A DNA stretch of 64,000 nt from Candidatus Levyibacteriota bacterium (GTDB lineage Bacteria; Patescibacteriota; Microgenomatia; Levybacterales; UBA12049): the NCBI GenBank assembly GCA_016182185.1, contig JACOXU010000001.1, forward strand, positions 466,915 to 530,914, given 5' to 3'. Made by a program: the position numbers and the translations under genes. Shown in pieces: positions 1-8,362 of the stretch. The first letter of the stretch is position 1; every line of letters starts with the position of its first letter. Under the pieces are notes generated by a model. That model was not told where the DNA came from. It did not search any database and saw only the letters and a list, made by a program, of their open reading frames with translations.

Positions 1-213
1 GAAGATCTCAGGATTAACTCGCCTTACAATACTTATCGAAATGCAGGACTTCCTCCTACTCCAATTTCAAATCCCGGTCTTGAAGTTTTAAAAGCTGCGG
101 CAAATCCGGCTAGGACAAATTATTTGTATTATATTTCTGATAAAGATGGGCGTTTGCACTTTGCTGAAACGCTTGAAGAACAAAATCAAAATATCAAAAG
201 GTATGGGTTATAA
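1..213 (+). CDS. mltG: Endolytic murein transglycosylase MltG/YceG family, C-terminal fragment (5' partial; gene starts upstream of the window).
   Basis: Frame-1 translation is ...SPYNTYRNAGLPPTPISNPGLEVLKAAANPARTNYLYYISDKDGRLHFAETLEEQNQ..., stop at 211-213. SPYNTY and GLPPxPI are the conserved C-terminal motifs of YceG/MltG. Confidence 0.7.
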   Translation, partial: EDLRINSPYNTYRNAGLPPTPISNPGLEVLKAAANPARTNYLYYISDKDGRLHFAETLEEQNQNIKRYGL

Positions 214-214
214 T

Positions 215-547
215 TTATCTTCTTTTGAAGAATCTTCTCCTAAGTGATTGCGGTTTCTTTTGATCTTCCACATTACTCTGGGATTCACCATTTGATCCCG
301 ATCTAATCGGGTTTGAAGTGCCATTACCTGATGAAACTACTTCCTCTTCGGGTTCTTCCTCGTACTCCTCTTCTTCATCGGCTTGCTCTTTCAAGAGTTC
401 TGAAATATTTCCTATTCCTTCTTCTGAGATCATTTTGAGAAATTTTTTACCCTTTTTTGTTCCTAGCAAAAACATCAACCCTCCACCGATAATAAGACCC
501 CATAAAAATCCATCAAAAAATCTGCTTCCACCGGAATTATTATTCAT
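215..547 (-). CDS. Small membrane-anchored protein with an acidic E-rich C-terminal tail (YtxH/DUF948-like general stress protein).
   Basis: 110-aa ORF with an N-terminal hydrophobic helix (FFDGFLWGLIIGGGLMFLLG) followed by a charged low-complexity tail. This is only a compositional resemblance to the YtxH family. Confidence 0.3.
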   Translation of the reverse strand: MNNNSGGSRFFDGFLWGLIIGGGLMFLLGTKKGKKFLKMISEEGIGNISELLKEQADEEEEYEEEPEEEVVSSGNGTSNPIRSGSNGESQSNVEDQKKPQSLRRRFFKRR

Positions 548-550
548 GAT

Positions 551-820
551 TTAGTTCTCCTTTTTATGTTTTTTGCTTTTGCTCAAAAGGCTTGCAATCG
601 CAGCCCCTGCCTTGACGCCGGATGCAAGGTTTGAAAGAGAAGAAATTGGACCCGAGACACTTTCCGTTATCACTCCTGTATCATCCAATACCTTATTTGC
701 CTTGTCCACTGTTTTTCTGAGTTCCCGCAGGATAAAAAATACTTGAATTCCTAATACTAATAAAAGTATCGTCAGGACAATTATTACCAAAAATAGGGCT
801 GTTTGGGCAGGGTCAATCAT
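551..820 (-). CDS. DUF948-like small membrane protein.
   Basis: 89-aa ORF with an N-terminal TM helix then a predicted helical region. It is co-oriented with, and 3 nt from, the previous small ORF. Confidence 0.3.
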   Translation of the reverse strand: MIDPAQTALFLVIIVLTILLLVLGIQVFFILRELRKTVDKANKVLDDTGVITESVSGPISSLSNLASGVKAGAAIASLLSKSKKHKKEN

Positions 821-935
821 ACTTTATAAAGATAACATTTCGAAAATTCCCTGTCAACTCGACACCAATCGGTAAAACTAGAGCTTTGAATATCATTTTT
901 TTAAATATCGACACTGAACTATAATGTTGGGTTTA

Positions 936-1568
936 TTATTCTACTTCTATGTGGCGGTTGAGAACTGTTCGTTTTCCAAAACGATTCACTGAAGATATAT
1001 TTATTGTTGTTTTTCCGGGAAAAACCGTTATTTCTTTTCTAAACTTACCGTCTTGATCAACAGAAACTGACTCTTCATTTACAAAAACCGCAGCGCTTGG
1101 CTCCGTTTCCCCCGTAACTATCAAAGTGTTTGAAGAAATTTTGGCATTCTCAATAGGATTTAATACTTCAAGAGGAGGATTAATAATTGCATATCTGTAT
1201 TGGAATGCAATATACCCTAAAAGTATGGAAAGAATTAAAAATATTAAAACTGCAGCTCTTTTTATTTTCGTTCTTTGGATCGGAATATCTGTTTTCCCAG
1301 ACAAGCCAACTGGCAAAACTCTTAATTCTTTATTTGTATCAATTTCTCTCTTGAATAGTGCCAGTATTTCTTTTTCGTTAAATTTTAGAAATTTTGCGTA
1401 ATTTCTGACAAAGCCCTGGGCATAAGCAGTAGAAGGAAGTTTTTTGTAATCGCTTTTTTCAATAGCTACCAAAAAATCTTTTCTGATTTTGGTAGCACTT
1501 GCAATTTCTTCAAGCGTTAATCCTTTTCTCTGACGTTCTTCAGAAAGACGTTCTCCAACTTTTATCAT
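936..1568 (-). CDS. rodZ: RodZ-like cytoskeleton/shape protein (N-terminal XRE-type HTH, single TM, C-terminal domain).
   Basis: The N-terminal MIKVGERLSEERQRKGLTLEEIASATKIRKDFLVAIE segment is a typical HTH_XRE helix-turn-helix, followed by one TM helix (AAVLIFLILSILLGYIAF). Confidence 0.5.
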   Translation of the reverse strand: MIKVGERLSEERQRKGLTLEEIASATKIRKDFLVAIEKSDYKKLPSTAYAQGFVRNYAKFLKFNEKEILALFKREIDTNKELRVLPVGLSGKTDIPIQRTKIKRAAVLIFLILSILLGYIAFQYRYAIINPPLEVLNPIENAKISSNTLIVTGETEPSAAVFVNEESVSVDQDGKFRKEITVFPGKTTINISSVNRFGKRTVLNRHIEVE

Positions 1569-1577
1569 AAATTACAT

Positions 1578-3689
1578 TCATACCTGCTGTTCATGCAAGC
1601 TGTTTATTATCTCATCAGCATTTCTAATAAGTACGTCTCTGGGTTTTGATCCTTCTGCATGTCCAACAATTCCGGCTGCTTCGAGTTGATCAAGAATTCT
1701 AGCAGCTCTAGAATAACCAATAGATAGTCGCCTCTGAAGAAGCGATGCCGATGCCCGATCATGCTGGCATACAGTTCTTATCGCTTCTTCAAAGAAAGGA
1801 TCATGTCCATCTCCACCACTACCCATCATTCCTCTTTTTGAGACAAGCGGTTTTGCAGTAATTTCTTCCGTGTATTCAACCGGCGGTCCTTTTGATTTAA
1901 GATAATCAACTAGACGTTTAACTTCTTTTTCGGAGACAAATGCCCCTTGTATACGTGTTGGTTTAGCTTGATCCGGAGGAATATAAAGCATATCCCCTCG
2001 TCCTAAAAGTTTCTCAGCCCCGGGCGTATCGATAATTACTCTTGAATCAATCATTGAGGATACATTGAAAGCAACTCTGCAAGGAATATTTGCCTTGATA
2101 AGCCCTGTTATAACATCGACTGATGGTCTTTGGGTTGAAACTACCAGGTGAATACCAGTTGCTCTTGCCATCTGGGCCAGGCGAGCAATTGCATCTTCAA
2201 CCTCAACCGGTGCAAAAGCCATGAGATCGGCAAGTTCATCAATAAAAATTACTATATAAGGAAGCGCTTGAAATCCTGCGAGTTCATTATATGAATCAAT
2301 ATTACGAACTCCTCTTTCTGCAAAAGTTTTATAGCGTCTGTCCATTTCATCCATTGCCCACTTAAGAGAAGCAAGAATTTTTTCGACTTCTACAATTACC
2401 GGAGTCATCAAATGAGGAATACCATTATAGCCAGTCAGTTCTACTCTTTTGGGATCAATAAGAATGAGTTTTACCTCAGAGGGAGCGGATCTAAAGAGAA
2501 GTGAAGTTATGAACGAATTTATAAGGACTGACTTTCCGGAGCCTGTAGTTCCGGCCACTAGAACGTGTGGCATTTTAGCAATATCAGCAGCCACTGGATT
2601 ACCGGATACATCAAGGCCCAAAGAAACTGTAAGCTTGGATTTGCTTTTTGTCATGGTTTGGGACTCAAGCATTGTTTTCAACGTTACGACTTCCAAGCTT
2701 CTATTAGGAATTTCAATACCCACTAAATTTCTTCCTGGAATTGGAGCCTCGATTCTTATCTGCCCTGTTGGTGCTTCTGTAGCCAAGGCCAGATCATTTG
2801 AAAGTGAAGTAATTTTTGAAACCTTAGTGCCTAGGGCGATATTTAAGGCATACTGGGTAACAGCCGGTCCAAGATTTACTTCAACGACTTTTGCCCCAAT
2901 ACCAAAACTCTGAAGGGTATTTTCAATTACCGAAGCAATCTTTTTGATGTCCCCTCTTTCTGCCTTCTGTCCAGGAACTTCTGAAAGAAGCGATAGAGGA
3001 GGATATTCCCAAATTTCACCAGTTGTGGGATTACTGACTAATTTGTCCGACAATATAGATGGTTCTTTTTTGATTACTGTAGCCTTTACAGCAATATCCG
3101 AGGATTTTGAAAAATCTTTAAATCCTCCCCTTATGGTCATCTGTCCATCTTTAAGATTTGGTATGCTTTTAGTTTTGAAGAATGAAAATACCCTTTTTGG
3201 AATTAATCTTGAAATAACATTAATTACATTGCCAATAAGTTCGGCAAGCTCATCAATTGAAGTATCAAACAAGACAATCAACCCAATAAAGATACCAGCA
3301 GCGTATACAAGATTTGCGCCAATATCTGTAAGAGGATCTGATAGAACTTCAAAAAGAAATTGCCCTAAAACACCGCTTTTAAACAAAGAGGAGAAAGAGA
3401 CAAAAAAAAGTATAAATCCAATAGAAACGTTTGTTCGGGATAAAAAAAACTTAAGTCTTAAAAATAAAAATCCTAGCAGGATAAGCGCAATTGGAAAAAA
3501 AAATGAGGTTAAGCCAAAATATTTTTCTAATATTGTATTTAGGATTTCCAATGAAGGCTGACTTTTACTAAAAGATAAAAAAGAAATTAATCCAGACAGA
3601 ATTAATCCAAAAGAAAATATAGAATATACCGTAGTCTTTTTAAGCTTGAGTTTTAATTTTTTTCTTCTATAATGTTTTCTTCTTGCCAT
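1578..3689 (-). CDS. ftsK: DNA translocase FtsK/SpoIIIE.
   Basis: 703 aa with N-terminal TM helices, Walker A VAGTTGSGKS, Walker B IVIFIDELADLM and a C-terminal winged-helix gamma domain (LLQRRLSIGYSRAARILDQLEAAGIV). Confidence 0.9.
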   Translation of the reverse strand: MARRKHYRRKKLKLKLKKTTVYSIFSFGLILSGLISFLSFSKSQPSLEILNTILEKYFGLTSFFFPIALILLGFLFLRLKFFLSRTNVSIGFILFFVSFSSLFKSGVLGQFLFEVLSDPLTDIGANLVYAAGIFIGLIVLFDTSIDELAELIGNVINVISRLIPKRVFSFFKTKSIPNLKDGQMTIRGGFKDFSKSSDIAVKATVIKKEPSILSDKLVSNPTTGEIWEYPPLSLLSEVPGQKAERGDIKKIASVIENTLQSFGIGAKVVEVNLGPAVTQYALNIALGTKVSKITSLSNDLALATEAPTGQIRIEAPIPGRNLVGIEIPNRSLEVVTLKTMLESQTMTKSKSKLTVSLGLDVSGNPVAADIAKMPHVLVAGTTGSGKSVLINSFITSLLFRSAPSEVKLILIDPKRVELTGYNGIPHLMTPVIVEVEKILASLKWAMDEMDRRYKTFAERGVRNIDSYNELAGFQALPYIVIFIDELADLMAFAPVEVEDAIARLAQMARATGIHLVVSTQRPSVDVITGLIKANIPCRVAFNVSSMIDSRVIIDTPGAEKLLGRGDMLYIPPDQAKPTRIQGAFVSEKEVKRLVDYLKSKGPPVEYTEEITAKPLVSKRGMMGSGGDGHDPFFEEAIRTVCQHDRASASLLQRRLSIGYSRAARILDQLEAAGIVGHAEGSKPRDVLIRNADEIINSLHEQQV

Positions 3690-3738
3690 CTTATATATTA
3701 TATATGCTTAAAAATGAGTACTCAAGTTCGACTTTAAT

Positions 3739-5409
3739 TTAAACCTCTATCACGACGGGGAGAACAAGAGGACGACGATGAATATTGTTCAAGATCGATT
3801 TTTCAGCTTTCTCCCCTATAAATTTTCTAATATACATCCAATCTGTCACTCTGCCTTTGTTTTGAGTAAGAGAATTTTTTATATCCATCGATATTTTGGT
3901 ATTCGCAATCTGTCCTTCAGGCTTGGTAAAACCTCTTGAAATAATTGTAGGAGTATTTACAATTATACTCGTAGCGCTATCCACCTCAACTATTACGACC
4001 ACTACTCCTTCTTTTGAAATTTTTTGCCTGTCTCTTAGAACAAATTGTTCGACTTCTTCTCCTGATATTTCATCAACATATACACTCTTGATTGCCAGCT
4101 TATTTCCAAAAACTAAACTTTCTTTTGAAAATTTCACTTCCTGCCCGTCTTCAATAAGCAGAATATCCTTATCTTCAAATTTTTGTTTTTGAGCAAGATT
4201 CTTATAAGCTACCATTTGCCGATATGTTCCCCCAATGGGCAAGACTTTCTTCGGGCGGACAAGTTCCATCATAAGCATAAGGTCATCCGAAGCTGCATGG
4301 CCTGAAACATGAAAATCGTCACTGATCTGTGAATAAACTACCCTTGCTCCTTTCTTGGAAATGCTATCAATTAATGAATTTATTGAAACTTCATTCCCGG
4401 GAATAGGATCTGCTGAAAAAACGACTACGTCTTTTGAATTTATACTGATAATCGGATGTTCTCCATTAACGATGCGTGAGAGCGCAGAATTTTCTTGAGC
4501 CTGGCTGCCTGCCACCAAGAGCAATAAATCCTGATCTTTGTATTTTTTTATATGGTCAGGGCTTATTTCTAAATCTTTTCCAAGATTCATGTATCCTAAT
4601 TCCTGAGCAGCATCTGATGTCTTAACTAGTGATCTACCCAAGAAACATACCTTTCTACCTAGCTTCTTGGCAGCGAGTATTGCCTGATTAAGTCTTGATA
4701 TATTTGAAGAATAAGTTGTAAGTATAAATTTTCCCGAACATTGTTTCATCTCTTTTTCGATATTTTCATAAAGCACCTGTTCGGACGGAGTGTGCCCCTC
4801 CTTTTCGGCTCTCAAACAATCGGACATAAGACACAGCACTCCTTCATCTGATAATTTAACGATTTTTGCAAAATCAGTTTTTTTTCCATCAAAGGGTGTC
4901 AAGTCAAATTTAAAGTCGCTTGCGTGATAAAAATTTCCAACTGGAGATTTTATAAAAATATGTGCACTATCTGGGATCGAATGAGTCACTCTAATAAATG
5001 ACAAGGAAAAATTTCCTAAATTTATATAGTCATTGTCATAATTCACGCTCTTAACTTTTGCCGAGATTTTGTATTCATTGAGTTTTTCATTGGCAAGTAC
5101 CGAAGTTAAAGGTCCGCCAAAAATTGGAAAATCTACTCTCCCATTTTGTGCAAGCTGGGGAAGAATAAAAGGCAGAGCTCCTACATGATCTTCGTGTCCG
5201 TGAGTCAGTGCCATTCCAACAATCTTTTTTTTCGTTTTCAAAAGATATGAAATATCAGGGAGCAAAAGGTCGACTCCAAGCATGGTTTCATCTGCAAATC
5301 CCAAACCACAATCAACAATCAGAATTTCATCTCGATATTCATAGAGGTACATATTCCTTGTTACATCTCCAACTCCTCCGAGCGGAATAAATGATACTGT
5401 GTTATTCAT
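3739..5409 (-). CDS. rnj: Ribonuclease J (metallo-beta-lactamase/beta-CASP RNase).
   Basis: 556 aa with the HGHEDHVGALPF zinc-binding motif, beta-CASP region and RNase J C-terminal domain. Confidence 0.85.
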   Translation of the reverse strand: MNNTVSFIPLGGVGDVTRNMYLYEYRDEILIVDCGLGFADETMLGVDLLLPDISYLLKTKKKIVGMALTHGHEDHVGALPFILPQLAQNGRVDFPIFGGPLTSVLANEKLNEYKISAKVKSVNYDNDYINLGNFSLSFIRVTHSIPDSAHIFIKSPVGNFYHASDFKFDLTPFDGKKTDFAKIVKLSDEGVLCLMSDCLRAEKEGHTPSEQVLYENIEKEMKQCSGKFILTTYSSNISRLNQAILAAKKLGRKVCFLGRSLVKTSDAAQELGYMNLGKDLEISPDHIKKYKDQDLLLLVAGSQAQENSALSRIVNGEHPIISINSKDVVVFSADPIPGNEVSINSLIDSISKKGARVVYSQISDDFHVSGHAASDDLMLMMELVRPKKVLPIGGTYRQMVAYKNLAQKQKFEDKDILLIEDGQEVKFSKESLVFGNKLAIKSVYVDEISGEEVEQFVLRDRQKISKEGVVVVIVEVDSATSIIVNTPTIISRGFTKPEGQIANTKISMDIKNSLTQNKGRVTDWMYIRKFIGEKAEKSILNNIHRRPLVLPVVIEV

Positions 5410-5478
5410 AAAGAGTTTTAAAATTTAAATTTTCAAAAATTTTCATTTCTTCAAAAGTTAAAAGATGAAAAATTAGTT

Positions 5479-6561
5479 TCAAGCTGTTAAAAATTGTTTG
5501 ACATTATCCAAAGTAACATGCACTGAACTCCCATGTGGAACTTTACCCTCTACGATAAATCTTGCAGTTTTCCTGCAGATGCTGTCGATTGTTCGCTCAA
5601 GACTCCTTATTCCTGAATCAAAACCTAAGGGTCTTATAACAGAAGGCCAGACCGATTCGTCAACCAATAATTGATTCTCCGAGAGTCCTGTTTGTTTTCT
5701 AATTTTAGGAAAAAGATAATTTTTGGCAATTGCAATTTTTTCTTCATCTGTATAAGAAGGCATCTGTACTATCTCGAGCCTATCCAAAACTGCAGTTGAA
5801 ATATTAGTTGTGTTATTCGCAGTTGAAACAAATAAAATTCGGGAAAGATCAAAAGGATAATCTACGTAATGATCAGTGAACGCTCTATTTTGTTCTGGGT
5901 CCAAAAGCTCAACTAAAACTCCCATAATATCGGCACGCGCCGCCTCGGTGACCCTATCTAGCTCATCCAAAAGAATAACAGAGTTCTTACTTTGAGCATG
6001 AATTATTTTTTTTATGACTGCTCCCGGTTCTGCATCGGCCATTGCACGTGATTGACCACGAAGCGCTCGAGCATCGCCCATTCCACCGAACGGAATTCTT
6101 TCAAATTTACGGCCCAGAGCCTCTGCTATAGAATAAGCAAGAGTAGTCTTACCTGTTCCTACTAAACCTATCAGACAAAGTATCGGAGCATGGAGGACTC
6201 CCGAAGGATTCTGCGAAAGGCTAAGAATGATTGAAGCAAGATATTCAAGGATTCTATTTTTTACACTATCAAGACCAAAGTGGTTTTTGTCCAAAATTTG
6301 CCGGGCAAGATTTAGATCGAGTGCGTCTTTTGTTTCCTTATGAAATGGTAAGGAGATAACCCAGTTAATATAATTTGAGACACTTTCAAAATTTATAAAT
6401 GTTCCGCTTCCTGACTTAAGACTTGCGCGCAGAAGCGTTATCATTCCTTCAATTTTTTCAAAAAGATACTGAGGAAGTTGAGAGGATTTTGCTTTTTCCT
6501 CAAGTTTCTGTATCTGGCTCTCAAGGTTCGGGTTCTGATCCATATATTTATAATACAACAA
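5479..6561 (-). CDS. Lon-like AAA+ ATPase module, lacking both the Lon N-terminal substrate domain and the C-terminal S16 protease domain.
   Basis: Co-linear with the Lon ATPase core: GLDSVKNRILEYLA, Walker A GLVGTGKTTLAYSIAEALGRKF (Lon has GPPGVGKTSLGKSIA), Walker B VILLDELDR, LDPEQNRAFTDHYVDYPFDLSRILFVSTAN and MPSYTDEEKIAIAKNYL. The protein ends at the position where the Lon protease domain would begin. Confidence 0.6.
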   Translation of the reverse strand: MLYYKYMDQNPNLESQIQKLEEKAKSSQLPQYLFEKIEGMITLLRASLKSGSGTFINFESVSNYINWVISLPFHKETKDALDLNLARQILDKNHFGLDSVKNRILEYLASIILSLSQNPSGVLHAPILCLIGLVGTGKTTLAYSIAEALGRKFERIPFGGMGDARALRGQSRAMADAEPGAVIKKIIHAQSKNSVILLDELDRVTEAARADIMGVLVELLDPEQNRAFTDHYVDYPFDLSRILFVSTANNTTNISTAVLDRLEIVQMPSYTDEEKIAIAKNYLFPKIRKQTGLSENQLLVDESVWPSVIRPLGFDSGIRSLERTIDSICRKTARFIVEGKVPHGSSVHVTLDNVKQFLTA

Positions 6562-6578
6562 TATATATTTTAAGTCAT

Positions 6579-7580
6579 CTATAGCAAATCTTTTAACTTG
6601 ACCAGAATTTTATAACTATTAGCATGTTTTAATACACCAAGGTAAGATTGCACTGTCTGGTTTAAAGAAAAATCTGATATCTTTCCCGATCGATGAACCT
6701 TAATTTTTATTTTGACTTTATTTAAAATTCTTCTTTTAGTCTTTGTCCTCGGCAACAGGTAATACGGCAAAACAATGTATCCTAAAAAATCTATTCCCCA
6801 AGAGAGTTTGCGGAAAATAATCTTTTGTTGATGAAGTTCTAGATTCAAATTATTTAGCAAAAATTCTTTTATTATGTGTAAGTATTGAAATAGACTTTCC
6901 TTTGTATTTGAAATGATAATAAAATCATCGGCATAACGAATATAATATTTAACTCTTAATTTGTGTTTTACAAACTGATCCAGTTCATTTAAGTAAATAT
7001 TGGCAAAAATCTGGCTTGTTAAATTTCCTAAAGGTATTCCTCTTCCCTCCTCTTTGTTAAAGCTTGTTATAACATGTTCTAACAACTTAAGCACATTTCT
7101 ATCTTTTATTTTTTCTTTTAATAATCTTAAAAGTATCTTATGGTCTACGCTTGCGAAGAACTTTCTAATATCGAGTTTTAAAGCCCAGCATTCTCCGGTG
7201 TAATTTTTAGAAACCTCCCCTGCAAAGTTCTCAAGTCTCTTTACTCCTCTATGTGTTCCTTTACTCAATCTGCAGGAATATGAATCATAAATAAACGTTT
7301 TATCAAAAACACTATACAGGTATTTATATAAAAGGTGATGAACTATCCGATCTGTAACTTTTGCTTTGTGAATATGTCTTCTTTTAGGATCATTTATATA
7401 GAAATCTTCATAATCTCCGTGTTTATATGTTTTGCTTTTTAACTTTCGGTGAAGTTCAAACAGATTGTCTTCTAGATTTAAATGAAATTCTTGGACATCT
7501 TTTTTCTTTCTTTTTCCTTTGACAAACTCATTCCATGCTTGAAAAAGATTTTCTATTGAAATAAGATTATCGTATGTCAT
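6579..7580 (-). CDS. Diversity-generating retroelement (DGR) reverse transcriptase.
   Basis: 333 aa with RT motifs including YADDFII (motif 5) and IPLGNLTSQIFANIYLNELD. The [I/L]GxxxSQ motif 4 is diagnostic of DGR RTs, where group II intron and retron RTs have QG. A template repeat/variable repeat pair with an adenine-only mismatch pattern lies adjacent. Confidence 0.8.
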   Translation of the reverse strand: MTYDNLISIENLFQAWNEFVKGKRKKKDVQEFHLNLEDNLFELHRKLKSKTYKHGDYEDFYINDPKRRHIHKAKVTDRIVHHLLYKYLYSVFDKTFIYDSYSCRLSKGTHRGVKRLENFAGEVSKNYTGECWALKLDIRKFFASVDHKILLRLLKEKIKDRNVLKLLEHVITSFNKEEGRGIPLGNLTSQIFANIYLNELDQFVKHKLRVKYYIRYADDFIIISNTKESLFQYLHIIKEFLLNNLNLELHQQKIIFRKLSWGIDFLGYIVLPYYLLPRTKTKRRILNKVKIKIKVHRSGKISDFSLNQTVQSYLGVLKHANSYKILVKLKDLL

Positions 7581-7598
7581 TTAAGAAAGCAGGTAGTT

Positions 7599-8012
7599 CT
7601 GTTCACACACACACACACACACACCGATAGTATTTTTGACATACCGATATTCTCAAAACTATATGAGTTTTATAAAACTTTAACATCCGCAATTACTTCC
7701 TTTCCAAAAACAAAACGCTATACATTAGGACAGAAATTAGACAATATAACTTTAGAAATTTTGGAACTTTTGTTTTCCATTCCTGTCAATGAAAATAAAT
7801 ATCTTATCTTAAAAAAAATCAGCGTCAAATTGGATATTTTAAAAATTCTCGTCCGTCTCTCCAAAGATACTCAGTGTTTAAGAGAAGATAAATATTTAGT
7901 CCTCCAAGCAAGTCTTGCGGAAATTGGAAAAATGCTTGGAGGATGGATACGTTCCCATGAAAATTTATCAAGCAAGAGACTATCAGAGGAACCAACCTCA
8001 AGTTCGGATTGA
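7599..8012 (+). CDS. avd: Accessory variability determinant (Avd)-like four-helix-bundle protein, transcribed divergently from the RT. The start codon is uncertain because no in-frame ATG exists.
   Basis: The frame is open from 7560 to the stop at 8010-8012. Translation ...HTHTHTHTDSIFDIPIFSKLYEFYKTLTSAITSFPKTKRYTLGQKLDNITLEILELLFSIPVNENKYLILKKISVKLDILKILVRLSKDTQCLREDKYLVLQASLAEIGKMLGGWIRSHEN resembles Bordetella phage bAvd (from memory ...QVLIAEVGRILGSWIARVNRK) and the 23S-rRNA-IVS four-helix-bundle family. The ORF track starts it at a TTG at 7761, which would delete the first two helices. The nearest candidate start is CTG at 7599, downstream of the SD-like aagcaggt. Confidence 0.6.
   Translation: MFTHTHTHTDSIFDIPIFSKLYEFYKTLTSAITSFPKTKRYTLGQKLDNITLEILELLFSIPVNENKYLILKKISVKLDILKILVRLSKDTQCLREDKYLVLQASLAEIGKMLGGWIRSHENLSSKRLSEEPTSSSD
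7605..7624. repeat. (CA)10 dinucleotide microsatellite at the 5' end of the avd reading frame.
   Basis: Read directly: cacacacacacacacacacac, giving 10 AC units over 7605-7624 with a flanking c at 7604. Confidence 0.9.
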
Positions 8013-8091
8013 CATTGTCAGGATTCCAGAAATTGCCATTGAAACCATTAGTCTCATTCCAATTGCCTGCGATTGCACGGTTGGCACCTTT
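7984..8091 (-). repeat. DGR template repeat (TR).
   Basis: 108 nt aligning base-for-base with 8393-8500 at a constant offset of 409. There are 20 mismatches, and every one is a T on the + strand of TR, which is an A on the minus (coding) strand. The TR-encoded peptide has Asn AAY codons at most variable positions. Confidence 0.8.
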
Positions 8092-8157
8092 ATTAGCACT
8101 TCTCCGTAATCAATATTCCACCGAAGATTCTTTTCAGTCTCTTCTGAATTTTATCCT

Positions 8158-8174
8158 CCCCGCCAAAGGCGGGG
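8158..8174. other. GC-rich perfect hairpin (ccccgcc aaa ggcgggg) in the TR-VR spacer.
   Basis: Read directly: 7-bp stem with an AAA loop. It has the same core as the hairpin at 8350-8362 in the opposite orientation. Confidence 0.5.
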
Positions 8175-8349
8175 AAAAAGAGAAGCACCGTAGTAATCTT
8201 GCTTTCCCTGGAAGCACTCTTTCTCATCAAAAGATGAAAAACTCAGGCTTGTGGAAAGGTAAAAAGGCGGTCAGGATAAAAATATCGAAACTCACTGCCT
8301 TATCCTAATTTTAAAAAACGGAGAACCAAAATTCAAGAGGAAAACCAAT

Positions 8350-8362
8350 CCGCCTTTGGCGG
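8350..8362. other. GC-rich hairpin (ccgcc ttt ggcgg) about 10 nt downstream of the DGR target stop codon. It is a candidate DGR cruciform/hairpin element and/or terminator.
   Basis: Read directly. On the minus strand it reads gcccgccaaaggcgg followed by attggtttt. It lies about 30 nt 3' of the VR end, where DGR hairpins are typically found. Confidence 0.45.

Noticed and set aside
2449-3561. Plus-strand ORFs of 154 and 205 aa inside ftsK. Similar antisense ORFs occur inside pnp (10523-11152), the ClpC-like gene (17148-17885), groEL (41829-42596), the cohesin/PKD gene (44363-44797) and dnaK (28983-29384).
   Set aside because: They lie entirely within well-supported long genes on the other strand, have low-complexity composition and no motifs. 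They are typical shadow ORFs.
6579-7580. Group II intron or retron reverse transcriptase
   Set aside because: There is no intron RNA domain V/VI signature or maturase/endonuclease domain flanking it, and the protein is short (333 aa). The RT has the DGR-specific SQ motif, and a cognate TR/VR pair is present.
7605-7624. Possible CRISPR or tandem-repeat array
   Set aside because: It is only a simple (CA)10 dinucleotide run. There are no spacers and no repeat-spacer periodicity, and no CRISPR-like array was seen elsewhere in the window.
7761-8012. 83-aa TTG-start ORF from the track, taken as an independent gene
   Set aside because: The reading frame is open and Avd-homologous for about 45 codons upstream of this TTG. 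The track boundary is an artefact of start-codon choice, so it is treated as part of avd (7599..8012, start uncertain).
8009-8308. 99-aa plus-strand ORF spanning the TR and the TR-VR spacer
   Set aside because: It overlaps the template repeat, which is functional on the opposite strand, and the GC hairpin. It has no start context or homology and is almost certainly a non-coding shadow ORF.
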